A stretch of 42,277 bases of DNA. Origin: Promethearchaeota archaeon (GTDB taxonomy: Archaea > Asgardarchaeota > Hermodarchaeia > Hermodarchaeales > Hermodarchaeaceae). The position numbers were made by a program, and so were the translations under genes. The stretch spans positions 1 through 42,277 of the forward strand of contig JBHLPR010000015.1 in NCBI GenBank assembly GCA_048939245.1, in the 5' to 3' direction. The notes beneath the pieces are model-generated. The model was not told where the DNA came from. It ran no database searches and was given only the letters and a program-made list of their open reading frames with translations. Below, piece by piece: positions 27,740 to 37,889 of the stretch (positions are counted from its first letter, which is position 1; the number at the start of each line of letters is the position of its first letter).

Positions 27740-28501
27740 TTATTTCTCGTCCCGTTTTTTTTCATTGGTGATTTGTTTTCGGAGAGCTTGCAGGCGTCGT
27801 AACATTCCTCCGACTGAATCCATTCGAGATATTGCCAGTGGTACCTGCCCTCTATTAGCAAGTTCGATTGCCAGGTAGTCGATTTGTTCTACACCATGTA
27901 GTACAAAAAGACTTGGTTTAATCTCACCTTTCAGGGCTATCATGGGGGACCGACCTGTTGAAACATTTACTAAAATAAGTGCCCGGTCTTCGGTTGCTTC
28001 GAACAGTTTGAGAAATCCGGTGCTTGATAATGCATCTAATGCCTCGCTCGTATCTACTGTCAGGTATCCAACAACTTCGCGATCAAGAAGGTCCTCACCT
28101 GCGACGACTTGTCCTCGTACACTTTCAAGGAATTCCGTAACAGTTACTCCACGATTGAACTCGCTGATATCTAGAATAATGTTGGTTGGGATTTCTGTAC
28201 CCATCATACGTTGGAACGCATTGACAACCTGTCCTCCATTTCGTTCATCCAAGGTGATGATGGTTTCGACAAATCGTTTGATGGTTTTTGTTCCAGGTGA
28301 TTGGCGGCGTCCACTTTCGTAATCACTTATTACTGAAGGTGATACTCCCAGAGTTTCTGATAATTGAATTTGTGGTATATGAAACATTTCACGCCATTTG
28401 CGCATGATATGGCCTGGGTTATCAGATAGGGAGATTTCTCCTGCTATGCGTCGGGCAAGACGTTGTCTGACCTGCGCCGCTACAGGCATAATTACTGGCA
28501 A
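27740..28501 (-). CDS. Archaeal XRE-HTH regulator with C-terminal DRTGG-like domain
   Basis: IAGEI.LS...RKWREMF, SPSVISDYESGRR, STGRSPMIA. Confidence 0.85.
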   Translation of the reverse strand: MPVIMPVAAQVRQRLARRIAGEISLSDNPGHIMRKWREMFHIPQIQLSETLGVSPSVISDYESGRRQSPGTKTIKRFVETIITLDERNGGQVVNAFQRMMGTEIPTNIILDISEFNRGVTVTEFLESVRGQVVAGEDLLDREVVGYLTVDTSEALDALSSTGFLKLFEATEDRALILVNVSTGRSPMIALKGEIKPSLFVLHGVEQIDYLAIELANRGQVPLAISRMDSVGGMLRRLQALRKQITNEKKRDEK

Positions 28502-28589
28502 CCCATTATCGTTTAAGTGTTTTACGCAATTTTACGAAAATTACGGTAACTGACGAATTTCAATTCTTGATAAATGATTTGATAGTGAT

Positions 28590-28788
28590 TGGTGGGCCGA
28601 CGGGGAGTTTCTCCAACAGGCGGCTACCGGTTGGTTTTGAACCCCGGATCTCACGGATTCTCGCCATGAAATTCGGAATTCCATGGTCCCGAACCGCGAA
28701 TCTTTGGTGGTTCGTAGGAACGTGTCCTCCTACCAATACCAAACTAGATCAGGAAAGCTGGTTTCCTGAGAATCTAGACCATCGACCC
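28590..28788 (-). tRNA. tRNA-Pro(CGG) with four introns (28742-28771, 28703-28735, 28658-28687, 28607-28635)
   Basis: Removing four BHB-flanked inserts (30, 33, 30, 29 nt) gives a canonical 77-nt cloverleaf with CGG anticodon and CCA. Confidence 0.88.
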
Positions 28789-28840
28789 AACGGTGCTGAT
28801 TACTGTGAATGGGCTCTTAAATTTTTTTTTACCATCAGCT

Positions 28841-29656
28841 CTATTTTCCTTTGAGATGTCCAAGCGTGCCCAATGGAGTGTGATCAAGCATTACAATTTC
28901 AGCGTCATCTAAGGATAGGTGGCGAAACAGTGGGGTGCCCAAGTATGAACTCGACGAATCTATATTAAGGATATGTCCTCGGAGTAAACTAAGGTACGCG
29001 GGAATAATTAGAATCTTCATTTGAAGAAGCCGTTGAATTACTGGTTTTTCATTTCTAATTGGCTCTTCTCCTAACCAACCTTTAATTGCCTCAATAATAG
29101 TGGGTTTCCATTTTGTTTTGACCCAGACCCGGTGGACTGCTACTTTTTCTTTTAACCTTGAAATAGAGATGGCGGGATGAATATGACCCATTAATAGGCT
29201 GTCACAAGTGAGTATGTCGGCTGAGGGTTTAGCATGGCCATGTAAAAGATATATCCGCTTGGATTTGAATTGGAGAAAAAAGCCAGCGGAAGAAACGATA
29301 CGTGCATCATCAGGGACAACTAATTCAATATCTGCATCGTGATTTCCTCGAACAATGATCACTGGCGCTTGTTTTTGCAGGTTAAATAGTAGTTGTGCAA
29401 CTTGTTGGAATTCTTGTCTGGAAAATTCGCAGAGAGAGTGCTTCAAATCGCCTAAAATGATGATTTCAGTAGGTTCAATCTTCGTGACCAGTTGCTCTAA
29501 CTGTTTTATTATTTGGTGAATAACGCTAGCTGAATGATACTCCTGTTTGAACAGAGTTTTTTCATATCCAATGTGTAAATCACTGAAAACTAGTACACGT
29601 CGTGACCCTTCATGGAGGAGGAGCGCAGGTTCGTTTTGAATGATTTCCAGATGCAT
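28841..29656 (-). CDS. Metallophosphoesterase (Lhr-associated type)
   Basis: SDLHIG, LGDLKH, GNHD, HGH, GHIHP. Confidence 0.9.
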   Translation of the reverse strand: MHLEIIQNEPALLLHEGSRRVLVFSDLHIGYEKTLFKQEYHSASVIHQIIKQLEQLVTKIEPTEIIILGDLKHSLCEFSRQEFQQVAQLLFNLQKQAPVIIVRGNHDADIELVVPDDARIVSSAGFFLQFKSKRIYLLHGHAKPSADILTCDSLLMGHIHPAISISRLKEKVAVHRVWVKTKWKPTIIEAIKGWLGEEPIRNEKPVIQRLLQMKILIIPAYLSLLRGHILNIDSSSSYLGTPLFRHLSLDDAEIVMLDHTPLGTLGHLKGK

Positions 29657-29719
29657 TCTTTATCATTAATACTAACTCGATAGATATTTTTTTCTTTACG
29701 ATAGGAGATTGTTGTAGGG

Positions 29720-30151
29720 ATGACAACCGAAATAGAAAACGCACTCAAATCCGTAAAAGAACATCAATGTATCTCCGGGTCCAACCTTCTAATTCTCACA
29801 AAACATTATGGGGAAAGATTCTGGAAAGCTCTTCTCGCAGTTGCTAATACCTGGGTGAAGAAATACATCTTCGAACCCAGTGGGAGAGAGGCATGGGTCG
29901 TTGTGGGGAAATCACGGGATTACCGTGTTCTATCTGAGATATACTGCGATTGTGAGGATTTTTACATCAATGTCATAGTAAAACGTAAAATCGATCGTTG
30001 TTACCATATTCTTGCTCAAATTCTTGCGGAAGCTCTTGGATCCTATTCAGAAATTCGCTTAGATGATATGAGGTATGACACGCTCCGAAATGAATGGGAA
30101 ATGCTAATGGAAAAATCTCCGCTAAAAAACCCCAAGAAAGGGAACCCTTGA
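29720..30151 (+). CDS. SWIM zinc-finger protein
   Basis: CDCEDF...CYH. Confidence 0.85.
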   Translation: MTTEIENALKSVKEHQCISGSNLLILTKHYGERFWKALLAVANTWVKKYIFEPSGREAWVVVGKSRDYRVLSEIYCDCEDFYINVIVKRKIDRCYHILAQILAEALGSYSEIRLDDMRYDTLRNEWEMLMEKSPLKNPKKGNP

Positions 30152-30197
30152 GTAAAGTTAAAAAGTAGTAAAGGAATCTGGCAAAACGGTTCTGCAT

Positions 30198-30305
30198 ATG
30201 AGTGTAATATACCAGATCTATTTGCTTGGAACTGTCGGGTTATCCATTCTTGCTAGTTTCTTGATTCTAGCTTATCACATTCTAAGTGGACGCGAGGAAC
30301 AGTAA
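30198..30305 (+). CDS. 35-aa single-pass membrane protein MSVIYQIYLLGTVGLSILASFLILAYHILSGREEQ
   Basis: Fills the intergenic gap; one clear TM helix; charged C-tail. Confidence 0.55.
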   Translation: MSVIYQIYLLGTVGLSILASFLILAYHILSGREEQ

Positions 30306-30310
30306 TTTTT

Positions 30311-33127
30311 CTATTCAGGTTTCGCTTCAGCCCACCATTCCCGCGTTCGGATGAATTGCTTTTCATTCTCTAAAATCAGACGGTAGAATTCACTTTTAGG
30401 TCGTTCATGGCTTCCTGCAAGGATTCGTTTCACTACCGTGGGTCCAATACCTCTACCAGCCATGGCAATCAACGCAGGCTTGCCATAATTTAAAACAACC
30501 TCAGCATTTTCTCGACCCTTACGCAGCGCTCGTTTTTCTTCTGGTGATAACTTCATCCCTGCTCGGTGTCGACGAATAGCCTGTTCTAAGAGTTTGTCAG
30601 TTGGAAATACTCCAGCGATTAATCTTGATTCACATTTCATACATTGAGGGTGCTCATCTAAGTGTTTGATTGTACGCACGCTAGACCATTGGCCACAATG
30701 TAGACACACCAAACGCACTCTGCGGTTTAAGAGACGCTTTTTTGTTTGTTCAAGGATATACGCTTCAGGTATTTGCGGTTCAAGAAACTCACCAAACCTA
30801 GCTAAGATTTGACGGGCAAATGGAGAGGGACGTTTGCGAAAAATTTGCTTTACTTTAATGGTTTTTGCTCGAATATCTTCTAAAAGTACTCGAGTGTTTT
30901 CTATATCCAGCTTATCTACATAGAATTCTCTGAGTGCTTCAGAAATGACAGGGGTGTCAACAAAATACTTCATGATTCGAAGAAGCTGGTTACTCCGGAG
31001 ACTAGCTTCTTTTGAGATAACTCCAAATCGTCGAGCCACGTGGAAGAAACGTCTTGCAAAATATGGGGATCGTAATAAGATTAGTTCCAGTAGTTCATCC
31101 ATGTGGTTTGGATCTAGCGATTGGAGACCCTCAAATAGGGTTTCGCCTACCACATAGCCTCCCCCACGTTCAAATCGAAAGAGAATCCGGTATTGATCAG
31201 CATGAAAGACAATTTCCCTTCCCAATTGAGATGTTAAGAGGGCTGCTAGTAGACGACCCAGCGTTTGGTTGATACGAGTTCCGTAGCATGAATGGATGAC
31301 TACTAGTTCAAAACCCACTTCAATGATAATATTATGTTTATCCGGGATAAATTCACTCTGAATCTGTTTGCTAATGGTCTTGCGTTGTACTTCTTTTGCG
31401 GCTTCATCTACATCAATACTATATGATAGGGATCTCGAACTGTCAATATTTTCTGCAATGCAATTCCAGAGAGTACCGACTCCCTCTGAAATCATTTTTG
31501 ATACAGGGATTAGTTCTCCGGTCCATCGGGGAATCCGACCCTTGGTTTGATGAATTGCTGTAACATAAACAACTTCTTCTTCTTGCTTCACAACCTCCCA
31601 TGGACGTCCACGAAGTACGAGGATATTACCAGTGTGTCCATATTCCTCAGCAAAGCCAGCGTCTAAACGCCCGACAGAACGGTTAGTAGCGACGTTTATC
31701 ACTCGATGGAATGGCGTGTCGGGAATCACGGAGAGATTTTCGAAGTAATAGGAATAGGATTTTCGTCGGGGACGTAAAATTACGTCATCAGATGAAATCA
31801 AACCTTCTCTTTGCAGAAATGTGATGACTTCAGCTATCTGTTCAATATCGAGTTTGTGATATGATGGTGCACGCCTAATGATTTTAATAGCGTCTTCGTA
31901 GGTGCGTGTCTTGTACTCAATGGCGAGACCAACTAATTGATGGGCGACGATATCAAGTGCATTATAGTGAATAGGAGGTGTTTCAAGACAGCCCTCTAAG
32001 GCTTTTTCAGCCACTACGATGCTCTCACATATGTCATCAAACTTAGTAGTTATGATGACTCCCTTTGATTTCTGATCAAGTTGATGGCCAGCTCGGCCAA
32101 CCCGCTGGAGTAAGCGAACGACCTGGCGTGGTGAACCGTATTGAATTACTAAATCGACAGATCCAATATCCAAGCCCAATTCCAAGGATGAGGTACAAAC
32201 CAAATAGGGGATTTCTTCGGCTTTGAATTTTTCTTCTGCCTCAATTCGTACCTCTCGGGAAAGGGAACCATGATGAACACCTGAGTCGTCACCATGAAGT
32301 TTGGCTAACCTAAGACTAAGAGCTTCTGCTGTTTGTCGTTCATTGCAGAATATCAAGGTTGATGAATGTTTGTTCACCAAGTCCCATATCCTTTCAGCAG
32401 GTCCATCGAGAGGGGTTTTTTCACTATCATTGTAGAAAAACGGACGATATTCTACACGAAAGCCAAAGTCCTTCGTAGCTGGAGATTTTATTATCTCCAT
32501 ATTTTCCTCTCCTTTCATGAAATCTCGAAGTTCTTGTGGGTTGCCAACTGTAGCTGACAATCCAATACGTTGAAATGGATTTTTCGTTAGTTCACGAAGT
32601 CGTTCTAATGCAACCATTAATTGGACTCCACGTTTGCTAGCAGCAAGTTCATGAATTTCATCAACAACCACACATCTAACGTTGCGAAGGTGTTCTCGAA
32701 TGCGTTTTCCTACCAAAATTGCCTGCAATGTTTCAGGTGTGATAATAAACAATTGAGGAGGATTTAGGGTCTGACGGCGCCGCGCTGAAGGGGGCGTATC
32801 TCCGTGTCTGACCTCAACACTGATTTGAAGTTGCTTAGCAATTAACAAAAGACGTCTAAGGATGTCACGATTAAGTGCTCTAAGAGGACTAATCCAAAGA
32901 TACCGAACACCATCAATTGATTCGTGGTTTTTGATCAGTTGATTGACCAATGGAAGAAACGCCGCTTCTGTTTTTCCGTGTCCTGTTGGGGCAATCAGGA
33001 GAACCGACTCTCCTTTAAGAATTCGTGGGATACTACGGCTCTGAATAGGTGTAGGTCTTCGAAATCCCTGTTTGTTAATTTCCTCAACAAGTTTTGGACT
33101 TAGTATTCCAAAGATATTCTTTCCCAC
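30311..33127 (-). CDS. lhr: Lhr-family SF2 helicase with C-terminal Cys cluster
   Basis: APTGHGKT, DEIH, HHGSL, QRVGRAGH. Confidence 0.93.
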   Translation of the reverse strand: MGKNIFGILSPKLVEEINKQGFRRPTPIQSRSIPRILKGESVLLIAPTGHGKTEAAFLPLVNQLIKNHESIDGVRYLWISPLRALNRDILRRLLLIAKQLQISVEVRHGDTPPSARRRQTLNPPQLFIITPETLQAILVGKRIREHLRNVRCVVVDEIHELAASKRGVQLMVALERLRELTKNPFQRIGLSATVGNPQELRDFMKGEENMEIIKSPATKDFGFRVEYRPFFYNDSEKTPLDGPAERIWDLVNKHSSTLIFCNERQTAEALSLRLAKLHGDDSGVHHGSLSREVRIEAEEKFKAEEIPYLVCTSSLELGLDIGSVDLVIQYGSPRQVVRLLQRVGRAGHQLDQKSKGVIITTKFDDICESIVVAEKALEGCLETPPIHYNALDIVAHQLVGLAIEYKTRTYEDAIKIIRRAPSYHKLDIEQIAEVITFLQREGLISSDDVILRPRRKSYSYYFENLSVIPDTPFHRVINVATNRSVGRLDAGFAEEYGHTGNILVLRGRPWEVVKQEEEVVYVTAIHQTKGRIPRWTGELIPVSKMISEGVGTLWNCIAENIDSSRSLSYSIDVDEAAKEVQRKTISKQIQSEFIPDKHNIIIEVGFELVVIHSCYGTRINQTLGRLLAALLTSQLGREIVFHADQYRILFRFERGGGYVVGETLFEGLQSLDPNHMDELLELILLRSPYFARRFFHVARRFGVISKEASLRSNQLLRIMKYFVDTPVISEALREFYVDKLDIENTRVLLEDIRAKTIKVKQIFRKRPSPFARQILARFGEFLEPQIPEAYILEQTKKRLLNRRVRLVCLHCGQWSSVRTIKHLDEHPQCMKCESRLIAGVFPTDKLLEQAIRRHRAGMKLSPEEKRALRKGRENAEVVLNYGKPALIAMAGRGIGPTVVKRILAGSHERPKSEFYRLILENEKQFIRTREWWAEAKPE

Positions 33128-33233
33128 GTTAGAGTGGCTCCTGATTTTCCGGTTCCATGGTGATGTTTTTAATACAATAGCTGTAAAAACCCTGTGATAT
33201 TAGTCCATCAACCTTGGGAGGCTGTTTTCACGC

Positions 33234-34970
33234 GTGCCACTTAAGCTTGCCGAAATTATTGATACGATTGTGACCAAATCAGGTAAATCCAAAGAGGATG
33301 TTTTACGCTTAATTGAAGCGAAAAAGAAGGAATTGGATGGCTATGTAACCGATGAGGGTGCTGCGTCCTTAGTAGCTCGCGAGCTTGATTTGGATCTATT
33401 TGAAAGCCAAGCTACACCTGAACTAAAACTCACTGTACGCGATTTAGTAGCTGGAATGACGGGCGTGTCATTAAATGTAAAAGTAGTTCGGATTTTTCCT
33501 GTGAGAACATTTCAAAGAAAACAAGGAGGAGAAGGGCAAGTTGCCAGTATAATCGGCAATGATGCAACAGGATCGATCCGCGTGACGTTCTGGAATAAAC
33601 ATACTCAACCAATAGAAGACAAAGAATTCGACGAAGGTGACATCGTCCGAGTTATTAATGGTCGCGTAAGGACAGGTCTTGGAGATCAGCTGGAACTTCA
33701 TTTAGGCGGGGGAAGCCGCATCATGGTCAATCCCCCGGATGTGGATCCTAAAGACTTTCCAGATGAAGTGGTAAAACTTACGAAATTACAGTCGCTTCAA
33801 GAGGGTATGAGTGATGTCTTTGTTGAATGCGAAGTCACTGCCAAATATCGAATCACTTCCTTTAGTCGGGGAGATTCTGAAGGAATTGTGGCTAACTTAG
33901 CAATTCAAGATGAAACCGGTCGTAGTCGACTCGTTTTATGGGACGAACAAAGTGACTGGTTTAACAAATTATCTGTAAATGATAGGATTCGCATCGAAAG
34001 TGGCTATGTACGCCTGGACCAAAATGGTAGGCCAGAAATTCATGTTGGACGTCGTGGTCGACTTACAGGACTTAGTTCTTCCAGTAAGTCTTCAATAAGT
34101 CCCACACAACCACAGAAGCTTAACAACCTCAAACCTGGTGATTTTGCGTCTACAGTTGCTGTCGTTGTGATGGAAAATCAAGGTATTAGTTCGTTCACTC
34201 GTCGAGACGGACGAGAGGGAAAACGGCTGGTCTTGATATTAGCTGATGATTCAGGAAGAGTTCGGACGGTGGCCTGGGGGAAGGCAGCAGAAAATCTTGC
34301 TGATCTCAAAGAGGGTACAAAATTATTGTTAAAGGGTGTTAGTTGTCGGTTAGGGCTTCGTCAAGACCTTGAACTTCATATAAATGAGTCCACGCAGGTT
34401 CTTCGAAATCCACCTGATTTGGAAATTAAAAGTACCTCCAATAAGTATCTGAAAACCGAACAAACAGAGGTTCCAAGTCAAGTTTTAGCAAAAGTCACAG
34501 AAGGTAATTTTGTAACCATACGTGGAACGATTGTTCAAGTAATTCATCAAAAATCTGTCTACGAGTCTTGTCCAAAGTGCTTCAAAAAAATCTCTCAAGT
34601 CAACTCGAAAATTACCTGCCCAAAATGTGGGGAAATTCCTAAAGCGGAACCAAGGCTAATTGCTAAAATTGTAATCGATGATGGAACAGAAAACATTCGG
34701 GCAAGCCTTATTGGGGACTCAGCTGAGAAATTATTTGGAATCACCAGTATTGACGCGAAGTCCCTAATTACCGAATCAGGAAACGAAGATGAACCGGTTC
34801 GTCAAGTGGAGGAAAAACTTCTAGGCAAAGAAATTAAATTATCAGGTCGAATCAATTTAAACAACTTCTCTAACGAGCTAGAACTCTCCGTTAACGAGGT
34901 TTCTGATATCGATGCACTTGAAGTTGCTAACCAGCTTATGAATGATCTTGAACGAAAAGCCCAAAGGTAA
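33234..34970 (+). CDS. rpa: Replication protein A large subunit (multiple OB folds plus Zn finger)
   Basis: Three repeated DxTG-containing OB folds; CPKC...CPKC; DDGTENIR. Confidence 0.9.
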   Translation: MPLKLAEIIDTIVTKSGKSKEDVLRLIEAKKKELDGYVTDEGAASLVARELDLDLFESQATPELKLTVRDLVAGMTGVSLNVKVVRIFPVRTFQRKQGGEGQVASIIGNDATGSIRVTFWNKHTQPIEDKEFDEGDIVRVINGRVRTGLGDQLELHLGGGSRIMVNPPDVDPKDFPDEVVKLTKLQSLQEGMSDVFVECEVTAKYRITSFSRGDSEGIVANLAIQDETGRSRLVLWDEQSDWFNKLSVNDRIRIESGYVRLDQNGRPEIHVGRRGRLTGLSSSSKSSISPTQPQKLNNLKPGDFASTVAVVVMENQGISSFTRRDGREGKRLVLILADDSGRVRTVAWGKAAENLADLKEGTKLLLKGVSCRLGLRQDLELHINESTQVLRNPPDLEIKSTSNKYLKTEQTEVPSQVLAKVTEGNFVTIRGTIVQVIHQKSVYESCPKCFKKISQVNSKITCPKCGEIPKAEPRLIAKIVIDDGTENIRASLIGDSAEKLFGITSIDAKSLITESGNEDEPVRQVEEKLLGKEIKLSGRINLNNFSNELELSVNEVSDIDALEVANQLMNDLERKAQR

Positions 34971-35031
34971 TGTAGTTCTTCTATCTAAATATCGTAAAAA
35001 TGTACCTTGTTAATCATGATTGGTGAATTTA

Positions 35032-35313
35032 ATGGGTCGACGAAGAAGAAAAGCAACTCCCCGCCGTCCTGTACGAACGATTCCATCCATTTTCAATTGT
35101 CCTCGGTGTGGCCGAAATGCGGTTCGGGTTGAATTAAACAAAAATATTGGTCAAGCCACAATTCATTGTGGTAATTGTGATGTTCAGGCGACAGTTAGAA
35201 TTACACCCCTGACTGAGCCGGTGGATGTGTATGGCGAATTCGTTGATATCTGTGCTAGCCAGTCGTCAACAACTACTAAATCATCCGATTCCCAGCTCTC
35301 CTCTAAAACGTAA
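35032..35313 (+). CDS. elf1: Transcription elongation factor Elf1
   Basis: MGRRRRK, FNCPRC, CGNC, EPVDVYGEFVD. Confidence 0.9.
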   Translation: MGRRRRKATPRRPVRTIPSIFNCPRCGRNAVRVELNKNIGQATIHCGNCDVQATVRITPLTEPVDVYGEFVDICASQSSTTTKSSDSQLSSKT

Positions 35314-35376
35314 CCTTTTTCATTTTTCACCTTGCTACGTATTCCTTCCTTGACTAATATTCTCGCGCTGGTGTTC

Positions 35377-36063
35377 ATGAAAATCTGTTGTATAATACCT
35401 GCTTACCAAGAATCCCGTGCAATCAAAAAGGTAGTGAATCTTTCTCAGAAATACTGTACATGTGTCATTGTAGTCGATGATGGGAGTACCGATGGCACAC
35501 ACCGTATTGCAGAAGAGTCGGGGGCAATTGTCCTTCGTCACTCCAAAAATCTTGGCAAGGGAGCTGCGTTAAAAACTGGATTTAATCATGCAATAGAAAT
35601 CGATTGTAAAATTGTCATCACATTAGATGGTGATTTGCAGCACAATCCCCATTCAATACCTCGGTTCATTAAAAAAATCGAAGAAGGATTTGATGTCGTA
35701 GTCGGTTCTCGTTATGCAACTAAATCTGAAGATATGCCCTTTGCGAGGAAGTTGAGTAATCTTATTACCACGCAAGCTTTACGTGTCTTTTTCAAAGTGC
35801 CAGTTACTGATTCGCAATCGGGTTACCGTGCATTTAGACAACAGGTGTTGGAGAAAATTCAAGTTCGAGATGCCGGGTTTGCAGCTGAAACAGAGATCCT
35901 CATTGATGCCAAACGGGCTGGATTCAAAATTGGGGAGGTTCCCATTGCCACTAATTACGGTGATGAAGAATCTAAAATTCGTGCGCGTAGAGATATTACA
36001 CGCTGGTTGCTAACGTTAAGTAGGAATCTTCTTTCTTCATTCTCGTTTCGTCTGCCAAAGTGA
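35377..36063 (+). CDS. GT2 glycosyltransferase (dolichol-phosphate sugar synthase-like)
   Basis: IPAYQE, VDDGSTDGT, DGDLQH, DSQSGYRA. Confidence 0.92.
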   Translation: MKICCIIPAYQESRAIKKVVNLSQKYCTCVIVVDDGSTDGTHRIAEESGAIVLRHSKNLGKGAALKTGFNHAIEIDCKIVITLDGDLQHNPHSIPRFIKKIEEGFDVVVGSRYATKSEDMPFARKLSNLITTQALRVFFKVPVTDSQSGYRAFRQQVLEKIQVRDAGFAAETEILIDAKRAGFKIGEVPIATNYGDEESKIRARRDITRWLLTLSRNLLSSFSFRLPK

Positions 36064-37011
36064 ATAGGCAAATACGACAATTCCTGCAACTAACACTATC
36101 GCTACGAAGATAATCATTATTTGTGTTGGATCTTGGACTAAGTCAATTGACATCCATCTGAAAATATTTAACCATAAAACACGATTATCCAAGGACTGGA
36201 ACCAGCTTTGATTAGTTCCCGCACATGTTGTATCAGAAAACATTGTGGTCGAAGAACAGAGCACAATTCTTGAGCTTCCAATCCTAAATGCTGACAACCA
36301 TCCTGGCTGATTCTGAATCACCTCACCGCTTAGGGCAACTGCTTGTGATGTTTCTGCACCACTTGAGATGATAAGATTTGAGTCATCTGTTGTCAGCGAA
36401 CCCCCTGCAACAATAACCGAATTTATACCAGTAACTAAAGTTTCACGATTCAGTTGAGAGTAAAAATACGAATTATTTACTTCAACGTTATATGGGAGAA
36501 TTCGAGAATTTTCTAAATCGATGATTGCATCGCCTTCGGAATTATTACCACTACTAAAGGTTGTAAATTCGATTCTTGCTTCGGTTAATCGCTGAAGAAT
36601 CATATTAACTGCTATCGGGTTTCCAATCGGTCTCCTTGTGGTCTGGTAATCACTTAAAAGAAATATTGAACCTCCGTGTCTCACATATTCAGAGATTACA
36701 TCCAGTTCAGAGGTAGAATAATTTTCCATCGGGTTTGGGATGACAAGAATGTGTGAACGAGATAGATTCGCGGCTGTTAATATCCCGTCTTCGAGTATCC
36801 GAATCTGGTATTCAGGATAATCCACAAAGTAACTTATGGCCTCAGTGAAATTTTGTCTTGTAACACTATAGGTTGCATTATGGCTAAAATCAAAAACAAT
36901 TGATATTTCTCCCTCTTCTCGTTGGGTTGATCCTCTCACCTGTGGTAAAACGCACAACAAAAGAATCACTAATAGCCCAATTATGATTTTTTTTCGGGAC
37001 GCTAAAGCCAT
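36037..37011 (-). CDS. Secreted, C-terminally anchored GldG/IFT52(GIFT)-like domain protein
   Basis: Signal peptide, FDFSH, YVRHGGSIFLL, C-terminal TM helix. Confidence 0.7.
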   Translation of the reverse strand: MALASRKKIIIGLLVILLLCVLPQVRGSTQREEGEISIVFDFSHNATYSVTRQNFTEAISYFVDYPEYQIRILEDGILTAANLSRSHILVIPNPMENYSTSELDVISEYVRHGGSIFLLSDYQTTRRPIGNPIAVNMILQRLTEARIEFTTFSSGNNSEGDAIIDLENSRILPYNVEVNNSYFYSQLNRETLVTGINSVIVAGGSLTTDDSNLIISSGAETSQAVALSGEVIQNQPGWLSAFRIGSSRIVLCSSTTMFSDTTCAGTNQSWFQSLDNRVLWLNIFRWMSIDLVQDPTQIMIIFVAIVLVAGIVVFAYSLWQTKRE

Positions 37012-37187
37012 CTGCCTGTTTCACCTATAACTGATAGGCAAAATTGACAAGAATCAAACCTTAAAGCCTTTTCCCAATAGGAGAAAGATAATTCTTTTTG
37101 AAATGCTTTGATAGCTGGAATTAAACAAAATTTATTCGCTGGTTCTGCCTAAACGCATAAGAATCATGAGCTTAGTCGGTTAGTGTA

Positions 37188-37889
37188 ATGGCCAATCAAA
37201 TTGTCACCACGGAGGTTCAGCGGAAATTATTTCACTCGCTCATGCTTCTTGTGGCCCTAGTAAATGCAATTGGGTTAGCATTATTTGGAATTCCGTATGG
37301 TCCACTTCTATCCATAGGTTTTACAGGCATTTGCCTCGTTTTCTTCTTGGGAATCGATGTAACCAGAATTCGTGTGTACGGATATTTTCCTCTCAAACGC
37401 ATTACAGACCGGGTTATGCGTCCTCGCGAGCGGACAAGATTAGGCGCCAGTGTCTATTTTGCAGTGGGGACCATGATAATTTTCTTGACACTCTATATTT
37501 TCAGTAATATCCTCTTAACATGGTTTAACTTGACTTGTATTTGGATGCTTTCAGGCTGGTTAGCTGTAAGTGCGGTTATGGTTGCAGCCATAGGGGATGG
37601 AATGGCAGCGATAATTGGAATACGCTTTGGTCGCCATCGTATCCGGAGTAACCGAACACTTGAAGGTTCGATTGCTGGATTTATTTTTGGATTCCTTGCT
37701 TTTCTACCTCTGTGGTTTCTCCTTACCATTCCACTAATATACGGGCTCGTTGCAGCACTGATGCTTTTATTCGTTGATTTCGCTGCTCCTCCCATCGATG
37801 ACAATCTTATTAATCCAATAGCCATTGGGTTGGTTTTAGCGTTTTTTGAACTCATGCTTGTAGTAGTTCTTATGGGAGGGCTGGGGTAA
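37188..37889 (+). CDS. Dolichol/phytol kinase-family membrane protein
   Basis: RKLFH, GDGMAAIIG..FG, RTLEGS, DDNL. Confidence 0.85.
   Translation: MANQIVTTEVQRKLFHSLMLLVALVNAIGLALFGIPYGPLLSIGFTGICLVFFLGIDVTRIRVYGYFPLKRITDRVMRPRERTRLGASVYFAVGTMIIFLTLYIFSNILLTWFNLTCIWMLSGWLAVSAVMVAAIGDGMAAIIGIRFGRHRIRSNRTLEGSIAGFIFGFLAFLPLWFLLTIPLIYGLVAALMLLFVDFAAPPIDDNLINPIAIGLVLAFFELMLVVVLMGGLG

Noticed and set aside
35000-35026. Short ORF MYLVNHDW upstream of elf1
   Set aside because: No Pro at position 3, no SD or shared promoter motif; overlaps the elf1 SD.
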